DNA of 64,000 nucleotides, from the NCBI GenBank assembly GCA_951406725.2, contig OX597824.1, positions 90,334,001 through 90,398,000 of the forward strand, written 5' to 3'. Shown here piece after piece: positions 1-12,961 of this stretch (position 1 is the first letter of the stretch; each line of letters starts with the position of its first letter). A program made the translations under genes and the position numbers. The stretch is from Octopus vulgaris (taxonomy: Eukaryota). The notes under the pieces were generated by a model, which had not been told where the DNA came from, did not search any database, and saw only the letters and a list, made by a program, of their open reading frames with translations.

Positions 1-173
1 CTTTGTTTCTCTCATTCCTGTCTGTTGAAGAGCGTAGGCTCAAAACATAAAAGACTTTCTCAGCTTCCCAAGCATCAAACTAAAACACCTGTTTGTTGTT
101 TATACACCTGTCTTCGTCTTTTGTTTTTCTGTAAATGTCAACTCTCTCTCTTTTTTGTCTGTCTCTCTTTCTC

Positions 174-481
174 TTAGTGGTTAGGGTGTTCGGCTAACGA
201 TCGTAGAGCCGCGAGTTCAATTCCCGACGACGCGTTGTGTCCTTGAGCAAGACACTTTATCTCACATTGCTCCAGTCCACTCAGCTGACAAAAATGAGTT
301 GTTCCTGTATTTCAAAGGGCCAGCCTTGTCACACTCTGTGTCACGCTGAATCTCCCTGAGAAGTATGTGAAGGGGTACGCGTGTCTGTGGAGTGCTCAGC
401 CACTTGCACGTTAATCTCACGAGCAGGCTGTTCCGTTGATTGGATCAGCTGGAACCCTCGTCGTCGTAAGCGACGGAGTGC
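174..481 (+). mobile_element. SINE family D (related copies ~39864-40180 minus, ~16450-16745 plus)
   Basis: TAGTGGTTAGG...GAGTTCAATTCCC...GTGTCCTTGAGCAAGACACTT; 3' tail shared with family C. Confidence 0.85.
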
Positions 482-581
482 TTATATATATATATATATA
501 CATTTCAAAATGTGACCGCGTGTGTACCGTTGGCGATTTTTTTCCTCTGTCTTCCCTTCTCTGGATCTTTCCTTCTCCTAT

Positions 582-616
582 GTTTTCGACGAAGAGTTCC
601 GCTCGAAACGTTAAAC
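582..616 (+). ncRNA. Degenerate minimal hammerhead motif (family of 27568)
   Basis: GUUU-UCGACGA-A-GAGU(ucc)GCUC-GAA-ACGU-U-AAAC; core positions 3 and 4 mutated. Confidence 0.5.
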
Positions 617-705
617 CCTCCTTCTTTCCTGAGCGTCCAACAATACTATATCTGTTCCACGTCCTCGCGTTGTTGTGTTTTATATATATGCTTTCTTGTT
701 TGGAT

Positions 706-774
<69 letters not shown>

Positions 775-776
<2 letters not shown>

Positions 777-1020
777 ATGCTGTTGTGTCTGGGGAGAGTC
801 ATTCTCTTTTAATACCTTATAATTTAACACACACACCGGTAATATTTCCACTCATTTATTTATTTATTTTTCTATGGAAATTGAGAGGGAAATTTTACCG
901 GTGAGTGTGTTAAATTATAAGGCACTAAAAGTGAATGACTCTCCCCAGACACAACAGAATATGCTTCAACACACGAACTCAAATAAAGAATCTTGCAAAC
1001 CAAATCCAAAAACGAAATAT
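775..1020. repeat. Inverted pair of a repeat family also present at ~16080-16250 and ~17790-17885
   Basis: TGTTGTGTCTGGGGAGAGTCATT...ACCGGTAA versus TTACCGGT...AATGACTCTCCCCAGACACAACA. Confidence 0.8.
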
Positions 1021-1029
1021 TTATGTGTA

Positions 1030-1172
<143 letters not shown>

Positions 1173-1916
1173 AATGCAAACAGGAAAAATAGAACTCAAA
1201 TTATGAGTATATGTATATATACTTTTAATATTTGGCAAAAACTAACGGAGTTTCTCAAGGACCGAGAGTTTCGTGCGTTCGAATTTTTCACACACATAAG
1301 CATAACAACAGATATGTGATCGCCCCACACGAAAAATGCATATTTTGAGAAGAAATCGACCAGAGATGCATTTGGAATGATATGTATTGGGATTAGGATT
1401 ATATTAGAATTTGTTAAGAGGGTGGAATGAATAATTTATGCACCTACTCAGAACGTATGAGGAAATAAAGTCGAGTTGTGTGAATTATTCGATCCCAATA
1501 TAAAGTTTGCTTTCCATTTTTTGTTTTTCTCATCAAATTCCGACATAATATTTATCAACGCCATGTGGAACATATTTGTTACTTGTAGAAGATTTTTATT
1601 AAAAAAAACAAACAATATATCTAGTTTTCAGAATGCTATGAGGAAACAAATTCGAGAGGGGGGGGAACGTCTAAATTTATGCCTATATACATAAATGCTG
1701 GTTTAAATGATGTAACAGTTTTGCTAAACAAAATTGTGGCATCATCTGATGTCAGGGTACCTACATAACTGTACCCTCACCACCACCTCTGACTAATTAA
1801 GTCAAAACTTGGATATCTTGCTGTGAGATTTTCAGATGATTTCGTTTACGATTAAATCGGAATTTAAAGAGCGGGAACCCCCCCCCCCCCGAAAAACATT
1901 GGTTGTTGTTCACATA

Positions 1917-2427
1917 CCGTAAATCCTCGAGTATAATCCGCATTTTTTCCCCAAAATTTAACTGTCAAAATCCCTAGTGCGTACTATATATGAGGTTAAA
2001 AATGAAAGTTATTTTCTAAGCAATGTCCGAGTCTCTATTTGCTGTCCGGCAATATTTATTCAGACGCATTTTGTGATGTCGGGCGCGAAAATACCTTAAG
2101 CTAAGCCTGAAAGCAATGAAGTCATAAAAGAATCATCCATAACTTGCAGTAAGCAACATTTATTAAACGTTATTACTGTTATTTCTTTATTTTCTGCAAA
2201 CAAAATGCACAAAACATCTACACGTTTGCATTATGTTATATATACAATAATAATAAAGGACGTTACTGTATACATTTTTACAAACCAAGGACGTTATATA
2301 GATCTCCTTGACTCAAGTTAGAGAAAGGGTGCGTATTATGCACAAGGTTTAGGTTTTTCAGAGGTACAGCCCCCTAAAATCCCCTGCGTATTAAACTCAA
2401 GGGCGGACTATACTCGAGGATTTACAG
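1917..2427. mobile_element. pogo/Tigger-like MITE copy 1
   Basis: TA TSD; TIR CCGTAAATCCTCGAGTATA; opposite orientation to copies 2 and 3. Confidence 0.9.
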
Positions 2428-4044
2428 TAAGCAGAATGACACACCACATTCAAATGTAATGTCAGTCATATCAAATTCTGATGTAATCGGAATGTACAGT
2501 ATCTGAGAAGTATTTGTAGAAAATTTCAATAGAAAATACCTCTTTTTTTCTGTAAGTTAGGAGGAAATAAAGTCGATTCGTGTGAATTATCCTACAATCC
2601 ATCCTGAAAAGTTTTTAACAACAATTTCCGTAATAACCCAAATGTGCCGCCTAAAATGTATCTACGGAAAACTTTTTGAAGCATATCCATTTTTTCAAAA
2701 TGTTATGAGGAAACAAAGTCGGAGAGGGGGGATACATCTGTAGTTTATATATACATATAATCCTTTCTGCTATAGGCACAAAGCCAGGAATTTGTATGGG
2801 ATAGCCGATTACATCGACGCCAGTGTTTCACTGGTTCTTAATTCATCGACCCCGAAAGAATGAAATGCAAAGTCGGCCTCGGCGGAATTTGAACTCAGAA
2901 CGTAGCGACGAGCGAAATACCGCTAAGCATTCCGTCCAGCGGGCTAACGATTATGCCTGCATACATGTATGTATGTATGTATGTCTTTTACTCTTTTACT
3001 TGATTCAGTCATTTGACTGTGTCCATGCTGGAGCACCGCCTTTAGTCGAGCAAACCGACCCCAGGACTTATTCTTTGTAAGCCACTGTAAATAATATTCT
3101 AATATTCTTGTTGAAGAATAACACACACACACACTATATACACGCATATATACCTACACACACATTGTATTTATGTGTGTGTGTAAAATGATACATGTAT
3201 GAAATATATCTACGTGTGTCCCAAATATATTGCATTATTTTTGCTACGTCAACAGTCTTACGCCAACGACGCAAAATCTTTTGAATTATATGGATGGATA
3301 TATTTGGAATAAGTTTTCCATTTTTCTTTGAGAGAAAACTGACTTTCGATAAATGTGCTGTTATCGTTGATGTCACCATTTAATAATTAAAAGACTTTTG
3401 ATTATAATTTTTTTTATCTAATTGTCGTTGGTTTAGCGGCCGCAAAAGAATATCTACGTTTTCTTTTAGACTTCGTGAAGCAAATGTTAGTTTCTTTGCG
3501 GATTGTGAAAGAGTTATGTATTAAAAATAAAATTTCTATGCACGTATCTTGTAATTTAAAGTCTGAAATTAAAAATGTATAATTGGGAAACGAGTCCGAC
3601 TCACTTGTGGATGTGTGGATGTATGGGTGCGCGAAGGTATCAAAACACGAGTGTTTTTTTTAAATGCGAAGTTTCTTGTTTTGGGCCAAGGCCAACAATT
3701 TCGAGAGAAAAGAGAGGTCGATTACATCGCTCCCAGAGTTTATTTCTATAGTGTCCCGTAAAGATGAACGGTAAAGTTGTCCTTCACAGAATTTGGACCA
3801 AGAATGTAAGGAAGGACCATATACCGCTGAGCATTTTGTTAACGTTGCCTTATATGCTTATGTCTATATTATAGCGGAGAATGTCATTAGATTGAAAAAA
3901 ACAATGCACGTGTGCACGTATATATATATATCTATGAATGTATTCGTGCTTATATACACATTATTATACATAGACGCACATATATTCACTCACATGCACA
4001 CACACGAATATTTCCACACATCTCTATCAAACTATATATACATA

Positions 4045-5520
4045 TGGCGTTAGGAAGGGCATGCAGCTGTAAAAACCATGCCAAAGCAGACAGTGGATCT
4101 CCTGTCAGACCGTCCAACCCATACCAGCATGGAAAATGGATGCTAAATGATGATGATGACGACGATACACATTCTTTTCCCCATTCACGGGCATTTCACC
4201 CCTTGCACACCTGAATTGAGTTAAAAACTCCACTCGCTATCGTCTTTCTCTTTCGCCTCCCCCATTGTTGTGTTGACATACAACATATGTAGCTACAGAC
4301 ATTGCTTACATAGTGATACTATTATTATTGTCACCAGCCAGTAATTTACAAGTTGGTGGATAAGTATTGGTAATGCTATATTTTTTGGTGATGGCGAGTG
4401 TCTTGTTGTTGTTGTTGGTGGTAGTCACATTCATCATCATCATCATCATCGTTTAGCGTCCGTTTTCCATGCTAGCATGGGTTGGACGGTTCTACTGGGG
4501 TCTGTGAAGCCAGAAGGCTTCATCAGGCCCAGTCAAATCTGGCAGTGTTTCTACGGCTGGATGCCCTTCCTGACGCCAACCACTCCGTGAGTGTAGTGGG
4601 TGCTTTTTACGTGCCACCCGCACAGGTGCCAGACAGAGCTGGCAAACGGCCACGAACGGATGGTGCTTTTTATGTGCCACTGGCACGAGGGCCAGGCGAG
4701 GCTGGCAACGGACACGAACGGATGGTGCTTTTTACGTGCCACTGGCATGAGGCCAGTCGGGGCGGCGCTGGCAACGATCGCGAAACGGAAGGTTCTCTTA
4801 CATGCCACCGGCACTGGTAACACATCTGCAATTTCCATTGATCGATTTCGATTCTGATCGTTATTGTAAATTGTATTGTTGCTATTGTTTAGTCTCAAGT
4901 CAGTCCTCATTAATTTTAGATCAAAGACATTTCATTCGACTGGAATCCCTTCTCATGTTCAGACTATTATTTCTGTTGTTGTTGGTCATTAGGAGTGAGA
5001 GGGTTGGTAATAATGGTTGTCATGTTGATTTATTCACACACACACATTATCATCATTCAACGTCTGTTTTCCATGCTGGTATGGGTTGGTCGGTTTGATA
5101 AGGAGCTTACAAGACCAGGCACCACACCAGACCCGTTTGTCTGTTTTGGTTTGGTCTCTGCAGCTGGATGCCCTTTCTAATGCCAATCATTTTACAGAGT
5201 GTACAGGGTGTTTTATAGAGGGCACCAACACCAGTGCTTTTTGTATGTCAGTAGTAAAGACAGGGTAACCAAGTAACCTGCAAGACAAAATCCCCTCTAC
5301 TGGAAGTAGGGAGTAGTATTGAGGGGGTGTCTTTGTGCCAGTTGGGAAAGATGTATATTTACATCTGTTTTTCATCCTGGCATGGGTTTGATGGTTTGAC
5401 AGGAGCTGGCAAGCTGGAGAACGGCACCATTGTCTGTTTTAGCAGGGTTTCTATGGATGGATGCCCTTCTTAATGCCAACCACTTTACAGAGTGTACCAG
5501 GTTTTTTTTTCGTGTGGCAC
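4045..5520. mobile_element. Cluster of (GAT)n-tailed SINE/RTE-tail fragments, family E (also ~8673-8948, 27615-27785)
   Basis: GTTAGGAAGGGCATCCAGCTGTA...CCGTCCAACCCATGCTAGCATGGAAA...GATGATGAT. Confidence 0.8.
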
Positions 5521-5925
5521 CAGATTATGGGATTTTATGTGACACTAGTGCAGTGCTTCTATGGCACCAGATTGGGACATTTTATGAGACACTAGTGCAG
5601 TGCTTCTATGGCACCAGATTGGGGCATTTTATGAGACACTAGTGCAGTGCTTCTATGGCACCAGATTGGGGAATTTTATGAGACACCAGTGCAGTGCTCC
5701 TATGGCACTAGATTGGGACATTTTATGAGACACCAGTGCAGTGCTTATATGGCACCAGATTGGGTGCTTTTTATGCGACACCAGTGCAGTGCCTCTGTGG
5801 CACCAGATTGGGTGCTTTTTATGTGACACCTGTGCAGTGCCTCTGTGGAACCAGATTGGGTGCTTTTATGCAACACTAGTGCAGTACTTCTATGGCACCA
5901 AATTGGGTGCTTTTTACCTGGGACC
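5517..5925. repeat. 47-bp minisatellite, ~8 copies
   Basis: Unit GACACTAGTGCAGTGCTTCTATGGCACCAGATTGGGACATTTTATGA. Confidence 0.92.
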
Positions 5926-6659
5926 AGTGTGAGTGCTAATGATGGGCTTTTTTTCAGTTTATGTCTACCAAATTTATTCACAAGGATTTGGTTGGCCCAG
6001 GAGTATAGTAAAATACACTTGGCCAAGTTGGCTCATAGTGGGACTGAACCTGAAACCACATGGTTGAGAAGCAAGCTTCTTAACCACACAGCCGTGCTTA
6101 TGTCTGTGCATATACATACATATATACATATGCATTTTTGCATGAGAAGCTGTTGTGTCATTTTTTTTAAGTAAGACAAATTTTGTGATTTATTTGGCTG
6201 CTATTTCTAGCAGGCTCATTTGCTATCTCAGTTATCAAATTGTGTAGTTGGCTATTTAGATAATAAAGTGTTATCTGTCTGTGTTGAGGTAATTCCTGGA
6301 AAATCGTTTGAGTTAATTTTATATTTCCTTGTAATTAGGCCACCTATCAACACTGATAACAAAATCTAGCACACTGTTAATAAATAAAATACTTTTGTTA
6401 GTCGTTTGGGAAGTGTTTCTCAGGGGCACTCTCTACATAAAGAACACATAGTTAAGCAGAAGCTAACATAATATAATGAGCCTCAAAAGATTAAAAAAAA
6501 AAAAAAATTAAATTTATTTGGTGAAATAAACAGGAGAGATGCTTTGTCCCATGCAAAAACTGCTGGAGATACTCAGTCACAAGTGTTTTGCCCCTTAGCC
6601 TGTACACTTCACCTGAGAGGGGCAGCAAGGATTGAGCTGGTCTTCACCTGTGGAAGGGC

Positions 6660-6880
6660 TCTGCTTGCAGTTTCTTATCAACCATAGCCATCTTGAGCTA
6701 GTTTCAGATGCTTTGCTTAATTCCTTGATGGCTTTCTTCAGCTGTCTGGGTTTCAGGCCTGTCTTCTGCAGGAAATAGTGTACTCATCTTGATGGGAAAG
6801 CCGTAGCAGCCTACTTCAATGCATGCCAGCCCTCGACAAGGGTCTTGTCGACTAAGTTCTGATATTTGATTTCTTTACCT
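6660..6880 (-). mobile_element. HERO/NeSL-like non-LTR retrotransposon C-terminal (RLE) fragment
   Basis: KYQNLVDKTLVEGWH / IEVGCYGF / ...LKKAIKELSKASETSSRWLWLIR across frameshifts. Confidence 0.65.
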
Positions 6881-7942
6881 GGTGGGAAATATTGAGTCTG
6901 TCCTTGTATAAAAAAAATAAAAGCTACCGTCCAAGTGTTTTGGGTCGGTTTTGTGGATATCATGCAACTGTGATTGTGAAACCCTGAATGGGAAGATATA
7001 TGATCACAGGTACTCCAGCCATGACCATCTCACCATTTTGTATATCTAGAATTACCATTTAATATGTCCTAATGTTTTTGTAAGACTAGGATGTGATTTG
7101 AGGGAGATTTGACTGTTATTTCTAGCTGGTCATGTAACCATGTAGTGGCATCTTCATTGGCTTGTTTTGTCAATGTTGTTATGGTTTAACACCCAACTGA
7201 ACAGACCTGGGCTTTCATAGACAATCCAGATATGACCATCTAACCATTCTCTCAGACATAGTATAAATAAGCCTACATTATTTAATGTGGTCCTTTGTTT
7301 TTCAAAGTTTTCATCTGAGGGGAAATCTGGCTGTTATTTCTAACATATCAAGTTATCACACTGAGGCTCCTAGTGTCCAGCCTGTGGTCAAACCTCAAAT
7401 GACCCAACCAAACCATTTTGATGGAAATAGCCAGGACAAGGAAGCAATAACTCATTGCTTATGTAGCCAAAACAGTTGAGCCTCTTGGAAGCAACTTCAC
7501 ATGCTAGAAATAGCAGTTAAATCCCCCCCCCCCCACCAAATCTTTTCCCTTCTCAGCTTATAAGTGAATATATTGCTAGAAATAGCAGCCAAAAATTTTC
7601 TGTACACTCTGAGCCAACAAGAAGCCTCAGAGTGACCTACTAGAAATAGGAGCTAAATCTGTACAAAAACTTCCCCCTACAATCTGAGCATATGAGGGAT
7701 CTTCTATATGAGTCAGGGGCCAACTGCAGCACATGAGACCTGAATGACATGGTTAAAGAGAAACTGTCTTGAATTTTTTTTAGTAGTGTGGCCCACTGGA
7801 TTGATGACAAGCCATGTATCATGTGACCCACTTCTCAAAAGTGGTTGTCCATGCCTGCTCTACATGGCAGATTAACTTGCTAGAAATAGCAACCAAAGTT
7901 TTTCTCTACTTAGCATCTCAGCTTATAAGTGAGCCTCTATAC

Positions 7943-8167
7943 CAGGGGTGGGCGAACTTTTTTGATCGCGGGCCGCACAGTGCGTCTTTGGAACCTTGGC
8001 GGGCCTCATTTATAAAAATCAAGTGAAAATATTTTTAAAGGCGGTTATAGACCTATAAACACACAATTGATTGAAAGGAAATTTTGTGAAATATTCCTCT
8101 CGGCGGGCCGCATGAAAACCTATGGCGGGCCGCATGCGGCCCGCGGGCCGTAGTTTGCCCACCCCTG
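7943..8167. mobile_element. hAT (Charlie-like) MITE
   Basis: TIR CAGGGGTGGGC.AACT; 8-bp TSD CTCTATAC; internal GCGGGCCGC repeats. Confidence 0.92.
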
Positions 8168-9719
8168 CTCTATACTGTGGAGGAACTTGCTAGAAATAGC
8201 AGCCAAAGTTTTACTCTACTTAGCATCTCAGCTTATAAGTGAGCCTCTATACTGTGGAGGCACTTGCTAGAAATGGCAGCCAAAGTTTTCTCTAATGTCT
8301 GAGCTAGCAAAGGATCCTCTACGTGATGGATCATTTGACCTACTAGAAATAGCAGCTAAATGTCCTTGTATAGCCTAAAATAAATAAATGAATATACAGT
8401 ATATTCAAATCCAAGAGAATGGGAATGACATGGCTGGAGTGTCTATCTGTAATTTGATCTACACAATGGAAGTAGTATTAAAATTAGTATTTTCTTGAAT
8501 TTAACTTTTTTGTATTTAAACTGTGTTTTATGCTAAAACTGACTAGATCCAACCTCTTACACCTACCCTACAATGTCATTCTATAAATATACAATCACAA
8601 GATTGAAATCTTAAAACCACAAGACAATGCAGAATTAATTCCAAACAACGTGAATAAATAAACATTATACTTCACGTCGCTTCACTGGCACCTGTGCCAG
8701 TGGCAGGTGTAAAAAGATTCGAGCGAGGTCAATGCCAGTACCGCCTGACTGGCCTCCGTACCGGTGGTACGTAAAAAGCACCTGCTACATTCTCGGATTG
8801 GTTGGTGTTAGGAAGGGCATCCAGCTGTAGAAACTCTGCCAGATCATGATTGGAGCCTGGTGCAGCCATCTGGTTTTGCCAGCCCTCAGTCAAATCGTCC
8901 AACCCATGCTAGCATGGAAAGCGGACGTTAAATGATGATGATGATGATTTCACTAAGAAATTTCAATGCCAAAGGGTTAAATACTAAGTTTATCTATTCC
9001 TGTAGAATCCTCCAAGAAGTCATCTTTATCTGGTTCTGTTGAATGTTGAAGCTGTTGACTGCTTTATTTCTTTCTCTCAGCAATGAGATTCAAAACAGCT
9101 GCAAGCTTAAGTCTTTAAAAAAGACTTGGATAAACTGGAGCAGTTTTAGGCTCCTTCCTTCTCGAGCCATGCCTGGCTCATAAGGGCCGATTTCCCGGTT
9201 TCCTTGGCGTATAGGTTCCCCACCTGGACAGGACACCGGTCTGTTGCAGGTGAGCTGCAAGATGCAGGAGGAAAGAGTGAGAGAAAGTTGTGGCGAAAGA
9301 GTCAGCAGAAGTTCGCCATTACCTTCTGCCGGAGCCGCGTGGAGCTCAGGTGTTTCGCTCATAAACACACACATCGGCTCGTCTGAGATTCAAACTTGTG
9401 ATCCCTCGACCGCAAGTATGCTGCTCTAACCACTAGGCCATGCACCTCCACAGTTTTGGGTTCAATGAACAAAGATTGATACAAAATAGAGAGTGAGGTG
9501 GAGGAAAGAAAATAGATGCAAGATATGTTTGGGTGTTGAATTCGTAAATCCATTTTATAGGCATAATGGTATATATGCAATATTCCAATATCCTTTGAGT
9601 AAAGTCCAAAAGTCTAACAGAGTTTAAAATGAGTCCTTCCAAATATAGAGTTTATAAGCAATGTAAGATTCCCTTATGAACACATGTATAGACACACATA
9701 TATATACTTTTTTTTGGAA

Positions 9720-10096
9720 GCACTCCGTCGGTTACGACAACGAGGGTTCCGGTTGATCTGAATCAACGGAACAGCCTGCTCGTGAAATTAACGTGTAAGT
9801 GGCTGAGCACTCCACAGACACATGTACCCTTAACGCAGTTCTTGGGGATATTCAGCGTGACACAGAGAGTGACAAGGCCGGCCCTTTGAAATACAGGTAC
9901 TACAGAAACAGGAAGAAAGAGTGAGAGAAAGTTGTGGTGAAAGAGTACAGCAGGGATCACCACCATCCCTGCCGGAGCCGCGTGGAGCTTTAGGTGTTTT
10001 CGCTCAATAAACACTCACAACGCCCGGTCTGGGAATCGAAACCACGATCCTATGACCGCGAGTCCGCTGCCCTAACCACTGGGCCATTGCGCCTCC
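9720..10096 (-). mobile_element. SINE family C (related copies ~9150-9450 and ~33051-33245)
   Basis: Head GGAGGCGCAATGGCCCAGTGGTTAGGGCAGCGG...GGTTTCGATTCCC. Confidence 0.88.
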
Positions 10097-11395
10097 ACAC
10101 ATATATATATACACATACAAACACAAAGAAATGTAGATGGTGTCGTGTATACAGGTGTGTTACAAACAAGTGTAGGACAAAAGCCCCATAGTTAAAGTGT
10201 GGAAGAGACAAAAGACCCATGGTTATATTTTCCGATTATTTTTTTCATTATTTTCGCCTTTTACTGGTTTCAGTCACTAGACTGTGGCCATGCTGGGGCA
10301 CTGCCTTGAAGAAATTTTAGTTGAACGTATTGGCCCCAGAATTTCTTTTTCCTTTTTACTTATTGCAGTTATTAGACTACGGCCATGCTGGGGCACCACT
10401 TGAAGATTTCCTAGTTGAATGTAACGACCCCAGAATTTTTTTTAATGGTTTTCAACCAGAGCGTGAAGTTAAGCCTAGAAGGTATCTCCACATGCTAGAA
10501 ACAACAGCCAAATCTCTTGAAATTTTTTATAACCCCTTTGATTTTTTTTATTTTCTGAAAATCTTCCAGGTGGTGCCCCAGCGTGGCCCCAGTCTAATGA
10601 CTGCAATAAGTAAAACGAAAAAAAAAAAGAAATATATCACAGATCAGGTTTAAAAAAAATTCTGGGTTCCATGCAGCCATCTAAAATTTCTTGTAGGTAG
10701 TGCCCCAGCATGGGCGACCGCTGTCTAATAACTGCAACAAGTAAAAAATTAAAATTAAAACATTCTGCAAGGTGGTGCCCCAGCATGGCCACAGCCTAAT
10801 GACTGAAACAAGTGGAAGGTGAAAAGGAATTAAAATTACTGTAAAATATAACCGTGGGGCTTTTGTCCACTTTCACACTTTTAACTAAGGGGCTTTTGTC
10901 CGGACCCCGTTATAAATACACAACTGCACAGAACGAAAAATTTGTTAGAATTAATAGCAGTGAATGTAATCATAGACGCTTTTTTTTTTTTTTTACTTGT
11001 TTCAGTCATTTGACTGCGGCCATGCTGGAGCACCGCCTTTAGTCGAGCAAATCGACCCCGGGACTTATACTTTGTAAGCTCAGTACTTATTCTATCGGTC
11101 TCTTTTGCCAAACCGCTAAGTGATGGGGACGTAAACACACCAGCATCGGTTGTCAAGCAATGCTAGGGGGACAAACACAGACACACAAACACATACACAT
11201 ATATATATATATACATATATACGACAGGCTTCTTTCAGTTTCCATCTACCAAATCCACTCACAAGGCATTGGTCGGCCCGGGGCTATAGCAGAAGACACT
11301 TGCCCAAGATGCCATGCAGTGGGACTGAACCCGGAACCATGTGGCTGGTTAGCAAGCTACTTACCACACAGCCACTCCGTGTATGTTTAAAAGCA

Positions 11396-11443
<48 letters not shown>

Positions 11444-11615
11444 TTTATTTCTATCAAATTTAACTTTATTTCTATCAAAAAAAAAAAAAATGAACGAACT
11501 AGTTAATTTAGTTTAATGGCCTACCAATGTATACTATAAGTTTCTTTGCCCTAGGAGTCGGGAAGACACTCGGCAAGAAATGGAAGCGAATTTGAAAGAA
11601 GAAGAAAAACCCATA

Positions 11616-11677
<62 letters not shown>

Positions 11678-11887
11678 TTTCTTGGCGGATGCAAAGAATG
11701 TGGACTGTACCCCCTTTCGTTATTATTATTATTTTTTTTTTTACAGAATCTCCCATTTTCGAGTACGGAGATTCTCATTCTGAAAAAAAAAAAAAAAAAA
11801 AAACGCAATTTTTTTTTACAATCATAATCTCCGTATTTTTCAACGTATTTCGCAGAATAAAATTTCTGGAAAAAGTGAAAATTGAAG

Positions 11888-11988
11888 AATTTGTCCTCAT
11901 CTTTGTTGTTAACACATTTCGGTTGATATACCCTCCACAGCTTTAATCAGGTGTCTTGAGGGAAATTTCGAACCTAAGTTCTCATTCC

Positions 11989-12024
<36 letters not shown>

Positions 12025-12101
12025 TCACTGCCTGGAATCGAACTCAGAATCTTGGGTTTAGTAGCCTGCGCTCTTAACCACTACGCCATATGCCCGTGGG
12101 C
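11888..12101 (-). mobile_element. Second copy of the tRNA-headed HHR element, nested in a MITE-like inverted repeat (~11693-12218)
   Basis: Reverse complement GCCCACGGGCATATGGCGTAGTGGTTAAGAGCG...GAGTTCGATTCC...(AAT)n...GACACCTGATTAAAGCTG...CAACCGAAATGTG. Flanking IR: ACAGAATCTCCCATTTTCGAGTACGGAGATTCT versus ~12150-12182. Confidence 0.65.
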
Positions 12102-12754
12102 TTTAACTTCATGCGCTGGTTGAAAACCTCTTAGATACAGAACTGTACCAGAATCTCCGTACACGAAAACGGGGGAGTCTGTAAATAAAAAAGGGGGGGG
12201 GTGAAGCCCACATTCTTTTATTTGCCGGTTTCTTTTATTTGCCCCCAGGGCGAAGGATGAGGGGACAATACAAAGACAGACATAAAGTATGGAGGTTTAC
12301 AACAACAACAACAATAATAATGATAATACTCTCTCTTTTACTTGTTTCAGTCATTTGACTGCGGCCATGCTGGAGCACTGCCTTTAGTCGAGCAAATCGA
12401 CCCCGGGACTTATTTTTTGTAAGCCCAGTACTTATTCTATCGGTCTCTTTTGCCGAACCGCTAAGTGACGGGGACGTAAACACACCAGCATCGGTTGTCA
12501 AGCAATGCTAGGGGGACAAACACATACATATACATATATACGACAGGCTTCTTTCAGTTTCTGTCTACCAAATCCACTCACAAGGCTTTGGTCGGCCCGG
12601 GGCTATAGCAGAAGACACTTGCCCAAGATGCCACGCAGTGGGACTGAACCCGGAAAAATGTGGTTGGTTAGCTAGCTACTTACCACACAGCCACATAATA
12701 GTAATAATAATAATAATTTTAATAATAATAATAATAATAATAATAGTAATAATA

Positions 12755-12793
<39 letters not shown>

Positions 12794-12835
12794 GTAATAG
12801 TAATAATAATAATAATAATAATAATAGTAATAGTA

Positions 12836-12886
<51 letters not shown>

Positions 12887-12935
12887 TCATAAAAGTAAAA
12901 TATTTACGTTTCTGAATATTGATTTAAGCTTCATT

Positions 12936-12961
12936 TTCCTAGAAATAGAAAATTCTTGGAA
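12936..12961. promoter_or_regulatory. Tandem STAT5-type GAS sites
   Basis: TTCCTAGAA (12936-12944) and TTCTTGGAA (12953-12961), 8 bp apart, 2.1 kb upstream of the SOCS gene. Confidence 0.5.

Noticed and set aside
5517-5925. 47-bp and 30-bp tandem arrays as CRISPR-like arrays
   Set aside because: No unique spacers, no cas genes, eukaryotic context.
10020-10096. tRNA-like sequences as real tRNA genes (also ~12030-12101, 33051-33125)
   Set aside because: Continuous with SINE bodies; acceptor stems are incomplete.
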